A DNA stretch of 62,078 bases, filler included, from Choristocarpus tenellus KU-1152 (taxonomy: Eukaryota > Protista > Phaeophyceae), in the NCBI GenBank assembly GCA_964200185.2. It is 11 parts of 11 records of this genome, joined end to end, with 100 filler letters (N's around TTAATTAATTAA, not from the genome) between each part and the next. Parts side by side here need not be neighbours in the genome. Positions count along the whole stretch, not along the records: positions 11,284 to 19,102 come from CAXNAD020005539.1; positions 19,203 to 30,084 come from CAXNAD020002651.1; 9 more parts are not named here. One strand, given 5' to 3'. Each line of letters opens with the position of its first letter. Position 1 is the first letter of the stretch. The translations under genes were made by a program, and so were the position numbers. The notes below the pieces were generated by a model. That model was not told the DNA's origin. It ran no database searches and saw only the letters and a program-made list of their open reading frames with translations. Positions 14,340 through 27,165 of this stretch are shown here, in pieces.

Positions 14340-15907
14340 AGGTGTGACTGCTGTCAACCTCTGACGCTTGCCACTCCCTACGATGGTGTCAACAACACCA
14401 TGGCTGTTCCCAAGTGGACAGGAGTCAAATCCACCTGGGCATCCCTAGGGACGCGGACCGTAGTGGCCAGGTGTTGACTCACTGTCCTCACGAACACGAA
14501 CACGACCTCCACGACCCCTGCCTCTACGACGCAAGTATGGCAAAGGAGCAGCCTGCGGATTGTCCAGGCACAACTGGGTTGTGTGAACCTCACAAGCCCT
14601 GCCTGGCAATCCAGGTACTGGCACACACTATTTTGCGGATCCATGGTGTACGTCGAGTTGGACGGTGAGGCTGTATAGGGCGACGTGTCTTGTGGTCGCG
14701 TTGGTCCGTCAGTGTGCCCGGCTGTGGGAGGTGGACTCGTCAACGACCGAGCTGGGGCCCTGTTGAGGAGTGCCTCCCCTGCTCGGTGACGTCCCACCTC
14801 CGTACGAAGCCGTTGGCACTCTCGTTGCACTAGTTAGAGTTCGCCACGGGGAACCTGTCCACGAGGATAATTATGGGTCACAGCGCTCGTGTAAGTTGTC
14901 ATTGAGTTACTGCCAGACAAATGGTTAGCTTCATAACGTTTGGCACGGTCACGAGCTTGAGCGAACGAGGTGGCGGGTTCATCCCGAATCTGTTCAAGAC
15001 GAATCCCATCAGTGTTATCTTCAGTTGCTCGACAAGCAAAGCTTTCGTGTTAACTGCATCTGAGGACGACGTTGCGCGATGAACATCATTTAGAAATCGA
15101 TTCATGGCTGTGGTGCAACGTAAAGTATATTGATGCACCAACTCATTCTCCCCCTGTTTTAAAGATGTTAGTCAACGGGCTGATACACTTACGGCATGGG
15201 CGAGAGCATACGCAGTGATGAGGGCTTTCTGGACATCATCTCAAGTCTTTCCGGGTGTAATGGGGATTGCAAACTTGTTGAACGCCACTCTACTGTGCCT
15301 GTCAACGCCCGAAAGTAAAACATTTCAGCTGGACCTTGAAGAATTGAAGAATTTTCGGTAAAATTCTACACATCGAGCATTGATTGTCTCACGGGATGCG
15401 GGACCATACTGACTAGAGTGCAAGGAAATCGCCACATGCCATTTGGAAAACAAGAGTAGCAAATTTTCCTCCCCAGAACCTGTAATAATGACAAGACCAG
15501 ATGGTATTTCGGAAGTGGAAACCTGAAACGACTCGCTTCTGACATTATTGGCGGACGTGCGGCGTCACTACTCTGTGGAAGGAGTCTTACTTGATCGGAG
15601 TCCATTCCCCGAGCTTGCAGCTTCATCAAATCCTAAAGCCATCCAGGAGGCACAGTGTTCGTTCTGGCGCACTCGTTAACGTGGTGCGCGATAAAAGATG
15701 GTACAGCATCCCCGAACTGTGCCTGTGACATGGCCACCTCACAAGTAGTTGAACTTAGGGGTGGGACTGGTTCTTCATGAAATAGGACCCGACGAGTGTC
15801 ACGGTCGCCCGAGCTATCACGATCCTCTAGGGTCGACAACACGGGTCTGACATTCGCCTACCGATCTGTAATTAGGGAAGGGGGGGATCCACGTCTTCGT
15901 TCGGCAT
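14340..15907 (-). pseudogene. gag: Gypsy gag remnant
   Basis: Lies between leader and protease; retrotrans_gag-like 'LKQGENELVHQY..R' near 15120-15165; fragmented frames; probable ATG at 15907. Confidence 0.7.
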
Positions 15908-15970
15908 CTCTTGTCCGCGGTCAAACAGAAATGCCCTGTCACCCTATCTCTGAGGTCACCGGTGTTGCCA

Positions 15971-16697
15971 ATGTCAATCGTGTGATTCTATGGCGGCGTG
16001 GTTCACTCAGGCGAGGGTGGTGAAGAGAATCACCGGGAAAGACGTACCACAAGAACAAGGACGAACCGTGACCGAGGGTATGAGGAAAAAGTTGGACAAG
16101 TGCAAACCTAGGAGTGAGGCTCAACCTCAAAGATGGGGCTTCATAATCAGTCAAGACGAGGGAATAAAGTGGATCTTCCATGTGTGACAATATGAGAGAT
16201 TGTCGGTGAAATCATGGACACTTGCCTGTGAACCTCAATAATTTATTATGCCCTCAATCGGTCCCACGGTATAAGAGTATATAGCATACAGGAATAACGG
16301 TATAATGACAGACAACATCCTTTCCACAAATAATTCAAGATCTCTATTAGTTTATAGAATTGTATGAGGAAGGGTCCAATCAGTCGATGTGGAAAGCTTG
16401 TCTATTACTATACGGTTATTGCAGTGGGACCGATTGAGGTTCCAAATCAAGAGTCCATGATTTCACGGACAGAGTTTCTGTCAGAATGTCACACATGGAA
16501 GATCCACTTTATTCTTACGTCTTGACTGTTTGTTTGATGGGGCTCATCACCCCTAAGTTTGCACTTGTTGTCAAACCTTAAACCTCATACCCTCGGTCAC
16601 GGTTCGTCCTTGTTCGTGTGGTACGTCTTTCCCGGTGATTCTCTTCACCACCCTTGCCCGAGTAAACCACGCCGCTACAGAATCTCACGATTCACAT
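15971..16697. repeat. Long imperfect inverted repeat (fold-back hairpin) in the retrotransposon 5' leader
   Basis: Arm 15971-16328 is the reverse complement of 16388-16697; 16014-16085 pairs over 72 bp with one mismatch; 59-nt loop. Confidence 0.95.
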
Positions 16698-16704
16698 GAG
16701 GGGT

Positions 16705-16718
16705 GTTCAGAATCACCA
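16705..16718 (-). promoter_or_regulatory. Primer-binding site (PBS)
   Basis: Minus strand reads LTR...CACA-AC-TGGTGATTCTGAAC. It is complementary to a tRNA 3' end ...CAGAAUCACCA; tRNA identity is unverified (possibly Val). Confidence 0.7.
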
Positions 16719-16720
16719 GT

Positions 16721-17094
16721 TGTGTCATGGTGGGGTGCAAAGCTCTCTCAGCCATCAAATCTTAGATGTTTTAAGAGAATCTCAGATATACCCGATAATG
16801 TCACATCTCGGTGATCGTCCACAACAAGAAGTCTGAGAATTCTCAAGAGTTCTCTGTGTTTGATGTTGGTGGGAACGTCACCAATGATAAAGAAATGCGC
16901 GCGCAATGCACTTGTGTGTGAGCGCGGATGTGTCCTTGGACTAAGATAACTCCCAATAGGACCTGTCCGTGGCAGAACTATCATTCTAAATATTGAAATA
17001 TTTTTAATTAGAACAAATTTAGTCCCACTAAATAAACCAAATACCTCAGACCACACTCTCACATACAATTCCTTATTGTAGTAGGTCTGGCACA
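16721..17094 (-). repeat. 5' LTR of the Gypsy element (374 bp)
   Basis: Termini TGTGCCA...TGACACA form a short inverted repeat; 2 nt from the TGG of the PBS; partner LTR not in this contig. Confidence 0.75.
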
Positions 17095-17133
17095 CTACGA
17101 TCGTATTCTTCCCTAAACAAGGAGAGGCTCTAA

Positions 17134-19102
17134 ATGTCGACTGCTACCTGGGGGGGAAGCATATTGTACTTCTTTTCTGAAGGCGCACATGGGGTCACAC
17201 TAGCCTTTTTGCCTTTAGTTTGGACCAGCAAAGGACTCTCAAGTGCGTTAAAAGAGATTTACTGTGATACAAAATTTTGAGAGGAAGTGCCACATTATTT
17301 TGTGTGTATCCCGTCCTCAAACCTTGTAAATGGTGTTTCTCTCTTATGTATCGCCCACCCTATTCCCTTCACGTTAACTCTTTCGAGATGCATACCAACA
17401 AGAGGCTAAACAAAAAGTCTTGCACCGCCACACAGTGTACGTACGTGCAAACACGTATGTGATCCAACACGAACGATCGTTTTCGTCACCCTCTGTGTCG
17501 ATATGCTGTTGACCCACGTTTCAAAGAGCGTCAGGTGGGATTCATTGGGGCCATCTCCCCAATCGCCCTGCTCGTCCTCAACCCATTATTGTGCTCCATC
17601 GCTGACCGCTACAGAATACACAAAAGGGTAAGAGAGTTGGATGCGGTCGTATCGATCATGCCCCGTCATTGTAAGGTGTTCTTGAGAATCAAATGGGCAC
17701 GTAAAATACCTCTACCCCCAAGAATACTGATGCGGGCGTTTACACCTTGCTAGTGCTAATATGTAGGATACGAAACATACGGTGACCTCCTTTATCCAGT
17801 TCTTGTCGCACTTCGCATTCTATCCTCAATGGAAGATATCATGGCTTGGGCATCTGATTGTGGTAGACTGCAAGCTGGACCAATAATCTCACTATGGCTT
17901 AATCTCATCAAAGCACGATCAACTTCACAAATCAAACGTTTAATCTAATTTGTCCTCTCGTTTAAAATGCCTCCTTCCTCTTTTCCGTGACATTTCTGCT
18001 TCCAGATGCTCCGTGTATCCTTCTTGCTTTGGGGCATTTTTTGTACATTGGTCATTTTTGCAGGAAGTTTGATTGCTGTGGCTTTGATTGAAACTGCCTC
18101 AGGGGCGTCTAGCAGTCCGACCTTCAGCCTTGTTAGCGCTTGCGTTATCAAAGCATACGGCAGAATAGGGTGAGGAGGATTTGTCTTTTATCCACCGGAG
18201 CAATAATAGACAAATTTTGACTTAAACTATCTGTGTGGGGGGGGTCTACACCAGAGGGTCTATTTGGACCAAAACCAGGAAAAGTGCACTTTCATTATCC
18301 ATCCAATGTATGGAACCAAATCACCCAAACATCGCGATATGAAAAAATGATCCCTAATGGACAGACGCCCCCCCCCCCCCTGCTAGACACTTTGAGCCTT
18401 TCTTGCTTCCTATTGAATGAGTTTGGCTCACAATTATGTCAAGATGTGAAAGTGATAAGGAAGTGGTGGATCATATCTCGCACCTGACCCTGCTCGGGCT
18501 ATTTGGACCAATCATGGTACGACAGTGAACAAAATGGTTAGAGCAGAGTGCACACTGTTCTTCCAGGCAGGGGTCATTCAAATGATCTTTGCAGCAGCTA
18601 TTTTTCGTGTAGTTTTGATGTGTGGTTGGGAATCTATATTTCAAATCGAGGGAATAGATCATATCTTAAGAGTCCTTGCGTGTCTTGACCTCGAAGTTCG
18701 TTGTTGTATTCCACTCAGCCGCGAAAAACACACACCATCTTACAACTTGGGAGAGGGGTATGCTAACCTTCTTGATTTACCGTTCAGGGTTGGTTGACTT
18801 GATGGGAATGGATCATTTCTATATTGTTGGATCCTTTTGACATTAGGTGCTGTGTAAGTTGAAGTTATGTGCCTTGCAGCTACTAGTGCTTTGAGATATT
18901 TTCCCTCCCCATAAAATCTACCACACGCTCTATGCCTCTTGCCATCGCTCTTTTGATAGGTACCCGGTCCAACGCCTATGGGGGACACTAGGGGGAGCGG
19001 GTTTTGCACTTGCTTCAGGTGTCATTGCTGGTACAAGGGTAGGGTATACTGGTGTCATGATGCTCTTTGCGGGAGCAGCAGCCATGTCATTTTTATGTAC
19101 GA
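17134..19102 (+). CDS. MFS transporter, MFSD6/MFS_1-like (5' part)
   Basis: Exons 17134-17242, 17527-17627, 18006-18169 and 18960->19102 have consistent phases: LYFFSEGAHGVTLAFLPLVWTSKGLSKRQVGFIG...IADRYRIHK...GYPVQRLWGTLG, matching the MFSD6-type 'YG.QRLWG' motif. Confidence 0.85.
18219..18398 (+). mobile_element. MITE family A (~180 bp), diverged copy in an MFS intron
   Basis: Colinear with 58753-58937: G-run, TCTACACCAG, TTTGGACCAAAA, CATTATCCATC, AATGGACA, C-run, AGACACTTTGAGCC. Confidence 0.85.
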
Positions 19103-19202
19103 NNNNNNNNNNNNNNNNNNNNNNNNNNNNNNNNNNNNNNNNNNNNTTAATTAATTAANNNNNNNNNNNNNNNNNNNNNNNNNNNNNNNNNNNNNNNNNN
19201 NN

Positions 19203-21552
19203 TCTGTTGGCTCCGGGGGGACGGGGAGCAGGGGTGGGCATCTACGGAGTGGGGGGCAGGGGGCAGCAGGATCTCAGTGCCTGGTTTATGTGAACACAAT
19301 CGGTGCTTGTGCAGGATATGCAGTTAGGCTAAGGGAGGCCTTGGAGAGGGATGCTGCTGCGGCTTTTGATGGGGCTGGTCATGAGCAGGAGATGGTGGTG
19401 TCGTGCCTGCAGGAGTTGGGGATGACTGGGGAGCAGTTCTCGAGGACTGCTAGCGATTGCCTTGAGGAGGTGAGTCCATGTTGGGTATGTTGTGGGGAGG
19501 TGTGGTGGTGTAGATTTTAGGCTTGTGATTAGTTTGAAAAGGGGGGGTTCGACAGGAGTCTTGCAAGGTGCGTTTTTTTAGATAATGGGGAGTGTGGAAG
19601 GGAGAGGAAGATGAGGCGGGGCAGAAATTGCTGCTGTGTACAAATTCTGTAGGACAGGTGTTGGGATCATGGACCAGTGGAGCTCATTGGCGAGACTTCA
19701 CACTGAGTGTGGATGGTGTCATGAGTTGTGTTTTTGACATTGATTTACAAGCAGACCAGAGAGTGGGGAGTTTATTTCAATAGTTGAATTCTTGAAATTT
19801 TAAGGGATGGTGTGAATGAATTATTTGTAGTTGAAAAGGTTGTGGGTCAAATGTATCTTAATGCCTGAATGTGGAATATATGCTTTTCTATTTCTTTAAG
19901 TTACTTTTTGTATTAGATTCCTAACCTCCTCAACTTGAATAATTGTACTAGTTATATTTGTAGTGTTAGAAGGGGACTGTACTGCTCACAATACTCAGTG
20001 CGGTACAAGAAACTGGCCCTTGTTATTTGATAGTTACTTAGTGCTATTAAGATGTAGCTGTTACATGATTAAAATGCTGATGAGCATTTAGTGCATGCCT
20101 TTTTCCTGTGGTGATGTTTGTTGTGAAGGTTGCTATCCTCCTTCCATCGCCAGGATCAAGCAAGTGATGATTATACTATTATTATTATTATTATTGTTAG
20201 TATTATTGTTAATGTTATTATAATGATTTAAGAATTTGATGTAGTGGATATATTATAGACCAGGTGAATCCTATTGGATAAATGTGGACATCCAGGCCAT
20301 CCCGTTGGTGCGTGTATTACTCTACATTCATTTCCTACCAGTGTTTTAAGTATGGTTTCACTTTAGTTAGCATTTTTGATATGAGAAAAGAAATAAACTG
20401 AGTGAAAGTATCTTAGAGGGTACGAGTTTTGCCCTGTTTGTCCATTTTGGGCTTGACTTCCCTTGGGATTTTTTTATGACATCTTCCTACTCCAAAATAT
20501 TTCGGAGTAGGTAAAATGTATACGTTATTAAAAGGTGTGTCTGGAACAAGGATATTGACACTTCCTAACAAATACGACAGCCAAAATCACACCAAAACCG
20601 CAACATTGAACTTTGGCCCCCAAATGGACGCGGCTATACCCTCTAAGATACTTTGACCCAACTATTGACAGTGTATGCGCATGTCAAATTGCTTGTACTG
20701 CTTACAGTAGTAGATGTAAATTCAAACCCATCAGCTGACTGTCCATTTCTTGATTGATGGAGGGCAGGAAATTTCTGGTTTGGTGGGTGAACCCGCAGGG
20801 GAAAAGGCCCCTGTCTAAAAACTAATTCCCAACCCTTACATTCATAGTGTATGTACAGCTCTCTTGCCCTTTGCCCACCTTCCGTTCTCTTTGCTCTCTG
20901 CTTTGATCCCCCCTTCCTTCCTTGACCTCCTCCTGGCTTGGCTTTTGACATGGGGTTCATGGCTCACCATTTTCATGCCTCACCAAGGTATTGAATCGCC
21001 TCAGGCCTGTCATCCGCACTATGCTTACCAGCCACTTGGGTGAGAAATCCTCGGTGTCGTACAGTCTGAGCGAAACCCAGTACGCTGCGAATGAGGCAAA
21101 TGACCCCTTTGCCCATGCCCTTGTGGAATACCTGGGGTGAGTTATCTCCCTCCTGTTGCCCCCCCCCCCTCCTTCCCCCCACGCCTTATGCTACGAGTGC
21201 AAGCCTAATGCAGAGACAGGGATGGATCGTCGATGAGTGTGTGAAGTTAGCAAGTGATTGTGTGCTACAGCTCTGTACGCAGAAGCAACGTGGGTGTTCC
21301 CTGTGTCATGGTTTGCGCATGTCCTGCTCTGCTCGTTTGTTTCCCAATCTCTCCCCAGTCGTTTGTGAATAGTGCAGTTTTTTTTTTTCTAGTCTTCTGT
21401 GTTTGCCGGTTGATGATGTGTGTGTTCTGAGGTGTATTTATTTTCCTCTCTTGTTTTTGTGTGGATTGCTCGTACCTGTCTTTTTTTTATTTCCCCAGCA
21501 TATGGTGGGTGCACACACACAGTAGATACTACTAAGGATGATGGGTACATTG

Positions 21553-21589
<37 letters not shown>

Positions 21590-24047
21590 TTATATATATT
21601 TTGTGCAGTAGAGCCCTAAAAAGAGAAACTCGGCAGGCCTTTCCCCCCCCCCCTATCCATGCTTCTCTCCATAGTGCCCGACAAATTTGCAGTCATAGAT
21701 GAGACCCATCCCCTAAGTATGCAAGGCATTGTAGTTGGTTTGTGATCTATAGAAGAGGTAAGGCTGAATGTGGATTGGCCAATTAGTTTGCACCGTTAAC
21801 CTGACCAATAGAAACATTTTCTGTCCAGTCTAGTGGCCCTTTGCGCTCCTCATTTTAAGCCATGACTTGCTTTGAACGCTGTGAATTTTCTCACTATCTT
21901 CCACAGGCTGCTGCTGGAACCGTATCAACCCCCTCGGGGACTGACGGAGGGGTTGCATGTTGATCTCCTTACCCTTGTGGCACAGTACCTTGCCAAGCGC
22001 CTTGAGCTGGCACTCAAAAGGCGTGCCTTTACGCAGCTGGGGGGTCTGCAGGTTTGGTTCCTGCCCTTAGCATGCCCCTTAAACTGTTGTGTGCTAGGAT
22101 GCATGGATTGGAGGGAGGGGATGAGGTCAACGCTAATTGTGCCTGTGTTTTGTGTTTTTGGTGGAGAAAAGACTCTTGAAGGTATCTCTGACACCTACTA
22201 GGGTGCTAGGGGTGGTTCAAATCCATCGAACTTCGATTACATTGTGCATATTTTTTACCCTAAGAGTTGCTATGCTCGCATCTGGAGATGCATATATATA
22301 TATATATGTTTTGATCCTCACAAGGCCTCTATTCCTCCGTCCATTGTTCCGTCACGGTCCCGTGGTGTTTGCAACGTGACACCTTTGTGTACGCCTGCCA
22401 TGTTGTGCACGCCAACAATCCAGTTGGACAAGGACCTTCGCTGCATCATGAGCTTCTTCACACAAAAGGCAGGGCGTGGAGCACGGGAGCCGTTTGCTCG
22501 ATTGGCGCAGGTATGCTCATCCCTTGTAACATCAGTGCTAGTGCCCTTTCTCATGTCTCGCCCCTTCCTGCATGCCTCTCATGTAGTCCTTATTGTGGCA
22601 CTTGAGGCTTGAGTGTCAGGTAAATATGGTGGTGACATCACGGCACCAGGTATTGAAGGATTCTCGCTGACTCTGTCCCTGCGTCTGTTCTGTGAGTGTA
22701 TGCACAGCATGCACAGGGTGTGTACATGGGTGTTAGCATGTCCCAGGAGTGCATCCAAAGAGAGGACAGCATTTGTACATGTTTGAAATTGTGGGCTGCA
22801 GATATAACCCGAGAGAGGTATTGTGTTATAACACTTCCCTTTTTTTGCGGAGTAAAGCTAAGAAAAGGAAGCAAAACATGCTTTTCGTGCTGAGAGGCAA
22901 GTCAATTGTTACAATTGTGGAGGAGTGAGGTAGAGTGAGACTCTACTCAGTTTACCAAATTTGAAAGGTCGGTTGGGCAACAGTATTTATTCCTGTATTT
23001 GGAACCATACTGGAGAGTGAGGGCCAGTAGAAGTCCCGTGTGTCTACATGCACCCTCTTCTCCCCTCTGCCTAATGCTCACACCCTCTTTTCTCACACCC
23101 TTGTCGCTGCCTCCCATTGGGCAACAATTAGATGGCTCTCCTCCTCAACCTGGATCGTCCCCAAGCAGCAAATGACTACTGGGAAACAGGGACTACTCTT
23201 AAGGCGCAACTGACGGCTGAAGAGGCAAGTTGTTTGGCACAAGAGGTACTCAGTAGTATGTTTTTGAGTCAAGTGTTGGTGGTTATGAATGCTTAACCTG
23301 CTTATGAGCTCAGATCATATTCGGGGATGGGGTGTATGTATAGCTTCTGTACATATGGAGCGGCCAAGTGGGAGTACCTTTTGCCCATGCAATGGCTTTG
23401 GATGCCTCCGATGTCAATTTTTTAGTTCAAAGTGTTTAACTAGATTGAGTGTGGTGAGCGCCATAGTGCATGGTTGGGGAAGGAGGACACTGCACTAATT
23501 TTGATTATACCTGTTGGTGTCTTCTGTCACAACACTACTTTCTTGCAGTTTCTTGCCAGGGTGGATGGTTTTACTATGAGACCTTGCCAGCAGGAATCTT
23601 GAATATTTGGACAGACCCAACGAGGATACACCAATGCATTGTAATAGGTCCAGCAGTGTTTGAGACAATATTCTTGTTACTTGCTTAGTTTTCTCCACCT
23701 GTTTGATATCTTTGTGGAGGCTAAGGATGTACCTAACTCATTGGGAAGCATGCAAGGTTTATGGATCTTTTCTTCCACTTCTAGTGGTCTATGGTGGTAC
23801 ATTCTTCATATTCACCCCTTGATTATCTTCCTAAAGCATGATACCAAATGTCCACTGTCTGTCCACAATTTTTTGATGTCTCCTCTTGACTGGCTCAAGG
23901 TTCACTCCTTTGACTCCTGATATTGTTCATGGACCTGTTGTGATCCCCTTTTTTTTTCTTGTCTACCTCTTGCCGCAGGTGATTGCTGTTCTTCAACAGA
24001 GGGAAGAGTTCAGTGAGGTAGACCTTGCTGCAGTATCTCTCTCCTAG
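19203..24047 (+). CDS. COG4: Conserved oligomeric Golgi complex subunit 4, C-terminal half
   Basis: Exons <19203-19469, 20988-21136, 21907-22051, 22424-22510, 23132-23224 and 23979-24047(TAG) give SCLQEL...SYSLSETQYAANEANDPF...KRLE...FTQLGGLQLDKDLR...REPFARLAQMALLLNL...LTAEEVIAVLQQREEF, the characteristic COG4 C-terminal motifs. Confidence 0.93.
20400..20659 (+). mobile_element. MITE family B copy in a COG4 intron
   Basis: Same TIRs and internal sequence as 11878-12137; AACT on both sides. Confidence 0.93.
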
Positions 24048-24211
24048 AGGCTATAGCCTCCTTGTTTCTGCTCTGGAATTGAGGCCTGGGTGTTAGGGTA
24101 TGTGTGAGGTGTTACAGCTTTGAGCTAGGGCTAACTATTTGTGATGTACCACTCCTAAGTAGGTGTTGGCATCAGACCAGCTAGTACAATTGGTAGTTTT
24201 TACCATGTGTT

Positions 24212-24247
<36 letters not shown>

Positions 24248-24329
24248 TTCTTTTTTGATTTTATGCTTTGGAGTAGAATTCTTTGCTTCTGGACTGCCTG
24301 CTGACTGAAATCTAGCAAAGAGAACATTT

Positions 24330-26200
24330 TTTCAGTTGGAGTTCATCAACAAGCTAAGACACGGTTGTTGGTGGTAGCAGTTGTCGTGTGAGTGAGACTG
24401 AAGGAATTGGCAATATGGTAGGACTGGACGAAACTGATTGTGGTGTGATATACCCTGTAGTAATAGTATTTGACTTAGCACGATCCGGACAACTGATGGT
24501 ACCACAAAGCAAATCTGATCCCGGACAGCCTTTAGGGAAGAAGAATTGGGACTGACAGGCGACGATGGGATGAGTGAGTTGCTAGAACGATGGAGGGCCT
24601 TTGTCCTAGACATTCCAATAAACACCTGCTTTGACAGTTTCATGAGGTTTTTGAACCCCGTCAAATGCATCTTATCGAATATGCACTGGTGATCCTCCAC
24701 TTTTATGACAGCCCATCTCATACTTTGCACGCCTTCCAATTTGTATGAGAACTAAGTCTCATCTGGAGGGTTTATATCATGGGTCCTTCCTGGGCAAGAA
24801 CGGACCTTGCAGAAGTTATGTTACATTTAATTCCAAACAGAGGAACTATATAAATAGAAGTTACAGAGAGCAACCGCCCCCTGAACCTTGTCCTGGTCAC
24901 AGATGTTACAGAGCAAAACAGCACGAATATTGACATCGATAAAAGGAATGTTGCTGCCGAACATGGCTGAAGTTTCTCGTCAGATATTGCCATATGCAGC
25001 AGCGTTGAGCGCGATATTTCTCTTTTCCCAAGTCGTGTGCATTTTTCTATCATCTCTCCTTTTTGTCATAAATATATATTTGCCTCTCCTGTTTGTATGT
25101 CTATTTTGTCTGTCTTAGTCGGTATCAAGAACCGTGTATATTCCTTCTTATGTATCCATGACAATATCTGCAAAACGTTTCAGTGGGTGGAGTGGGTGAA
25201 TATTTTGACTGGACCAGGCTGCAGAATGGTTCACAATGCTGGTTCCCTTTGCAAGTCCAGCTCATGTTCGGTCCTGTAATATCATCCTTCGAATGATAAC
25301 TCTAAAGCAAATATGACTTGAAGAAAAATGTTGCAAGTAATCAATCCTCAATGGAAATACACGTGGAAAGGGTGATGTGTGATGTAGAGAATAATAAAAT
25401 CTGAAGTATGAGATGAGTGCTGTTGTGGCTCAGCGGTTAATGGAAGCTGTTCGTCATACTGATGTTGGAGGTTTGGACCCTATTTCATTGGGACCAGGCT
25501 TTCATGGAATTTGGTTGTGATGATTTGAATTCTATGTGGCAAGCTCGACAGATTATACACCTACCCATACTACCTCATTTTTTTGATGTACTACAAAAAC
25601 GCCAGACCAAGAGGAAGGTGGCAAGGCTTAGTTGCCGAGGAATGCTGAGGTGGGTCCAGAAAAATATTTGTGGAAGGAGGTTGACTTACAAATGGTGGGA
25701 TGACTGAGGCACGAATGGAGGCCTTACATTAATTATTCGTACTGCATCTAGTAGTACGGCGGTTTCAAATGAACACCTTTATGAACTTGGAGAAGATTTG
25801 TTCTTCTGTTGGTGTGCATGGCTGCTTGTCATTATTGTTTACCCAAACTGAAGTTCCCCCACTTTTTTGAGGTGTTTTAGTTCTCCATATTTCGTGAATA
25901 AATCTGATGTATAAATAAAAGTAGTGAAGGTCCAAAGAATTTTATTTTTTGTTCATCTTGGCATCATCTATCTCCTGACTGTTATGGTACACTTGGAGAT
26001 CATCACCCCACCGTAGATAAGTACACTAGCTTGCAACAACACTACTTCTCATACTAACTACTACTGAATGACACCATTGCACCTAGACTAATTGTACTTC
26101 CAATCAATGTTCATGCCTTGCTTCTTGTGTTCTGGTTTAGCCATGCCACCGGTCGTTTGCTCCATCTCCTTCATTGAATCTTTTGTGCTGGGCCGCCTCT
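24330..26200 (-). mobile_element. Possible highly decayed LINE (endonuclease/RT) relic
   Basis: Degraded motif-like strings in the expected order (ISRSTLL...EKL; TGF; VFIGMSRTKA; GYITPQSVSSSP); no intact ORF. Confidence 0.3.
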
Positions 26201-27165
26201 CTCTGGTTAGGGTTGTAACCTTGTGACCTCTATTGGTCCGGTGTTGTTATGCTATTGCAACAGTACTACAGTGGGGTGTATAGAGCTTGCGACGTGGACT
26301 TTGGTTAACCGAAATCAGATTTCTATGAGAAGTTTGAAATTGACGTCATCTATGAGGTTCTTTCCATTTACTCCTAAATTCTCTTCAAAGGAATACAGCC
26401 TCCATCGACTTATAATCTCACTCTTGGCATTTGGACACTCCATCTATTGGATATTATGGTTACGCCCACAGACCTTTTCCGGGTGTTGTGAACATAGTAG
26501 GAAAAGACTACTTAAGTTAGTAGGAAAAAAACATTAAAATAAGTGTGATTTTGAAAACAAGAGAAAAAAGAATATAGTACATGTGTAAGACAACAATCAT
26601 AATATAGTAGATTAAACTGCTCCAATAGCTTTTGGTACGTAAAATATGAAGGAGGTTCAGGTAGAATGATGGAAGAGTGCTACGAGCCAGTCAACCCCCG
26701 TCTACCCCACGTTCGTTGGTGTCTCCACTTTAAATAAACTTTTCATGATGATGAAGGTGAGCTGCTTTCACTGGTCCCTTCCCTAATATATACACACACA
26801 CACACTACATGAAGCATCACTTCACACAGTAATTATGTTCCCAACCTTCGTTAGACCATTAACAGAACAACAGTGAGATCTTCAAAACCTACAAACTTGT
26901 CTGTCCTATGTTCGCGTGTCTCAAAAGCGCGCGCAATAATCCGACGTTCCATCCGATTTTAAATGATGTTCATGTACAGTAGTAGTAGGAATACTATTTA
27001 TCTAGTGTACATGTCTGACCTGTATTTGACAAACAGTTGTTGGAAGGTGGTGAGACCAACCACATGAAAATCTCAACACGAATAGGTGCCATGAGAAGAA
27101 CGTAGCTTATGATCAGGTAATGAAAATGAGAGCAGGGAAGCCGTGAACCTTCTTTCATCCTGGCC

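Larger units (their letters stand above)
11284..17094 (-). mobile_element. Decayed Ty3/Gypsy LTR retrotransposon, 3'-truncated by the contig gap
   Basis: Minus-strand order: LTR, PBS, gag (LKQGENELVHQY), protease (LTIDTASDVPCI), RT (PWGNPITIVAKSDGYPRFCVDYR; LVYMDDL at ~12700-12720; YLG; ELRSFLGMINF), RNase H (AYFSKKFNEAQRYYS..REC; LTRWVIALQAYDFTVKHK.GKLN..PDTLS). PR-RT-RH order with no integrase before RT; multiple stops and frameshifts. Confidence 0.95.

Noticed and set aside
15939-16190. Short ORFs on both strands in the hairpin arm
   Set aside because: No recognisable motifs; the partner arm has indels that break the same frames
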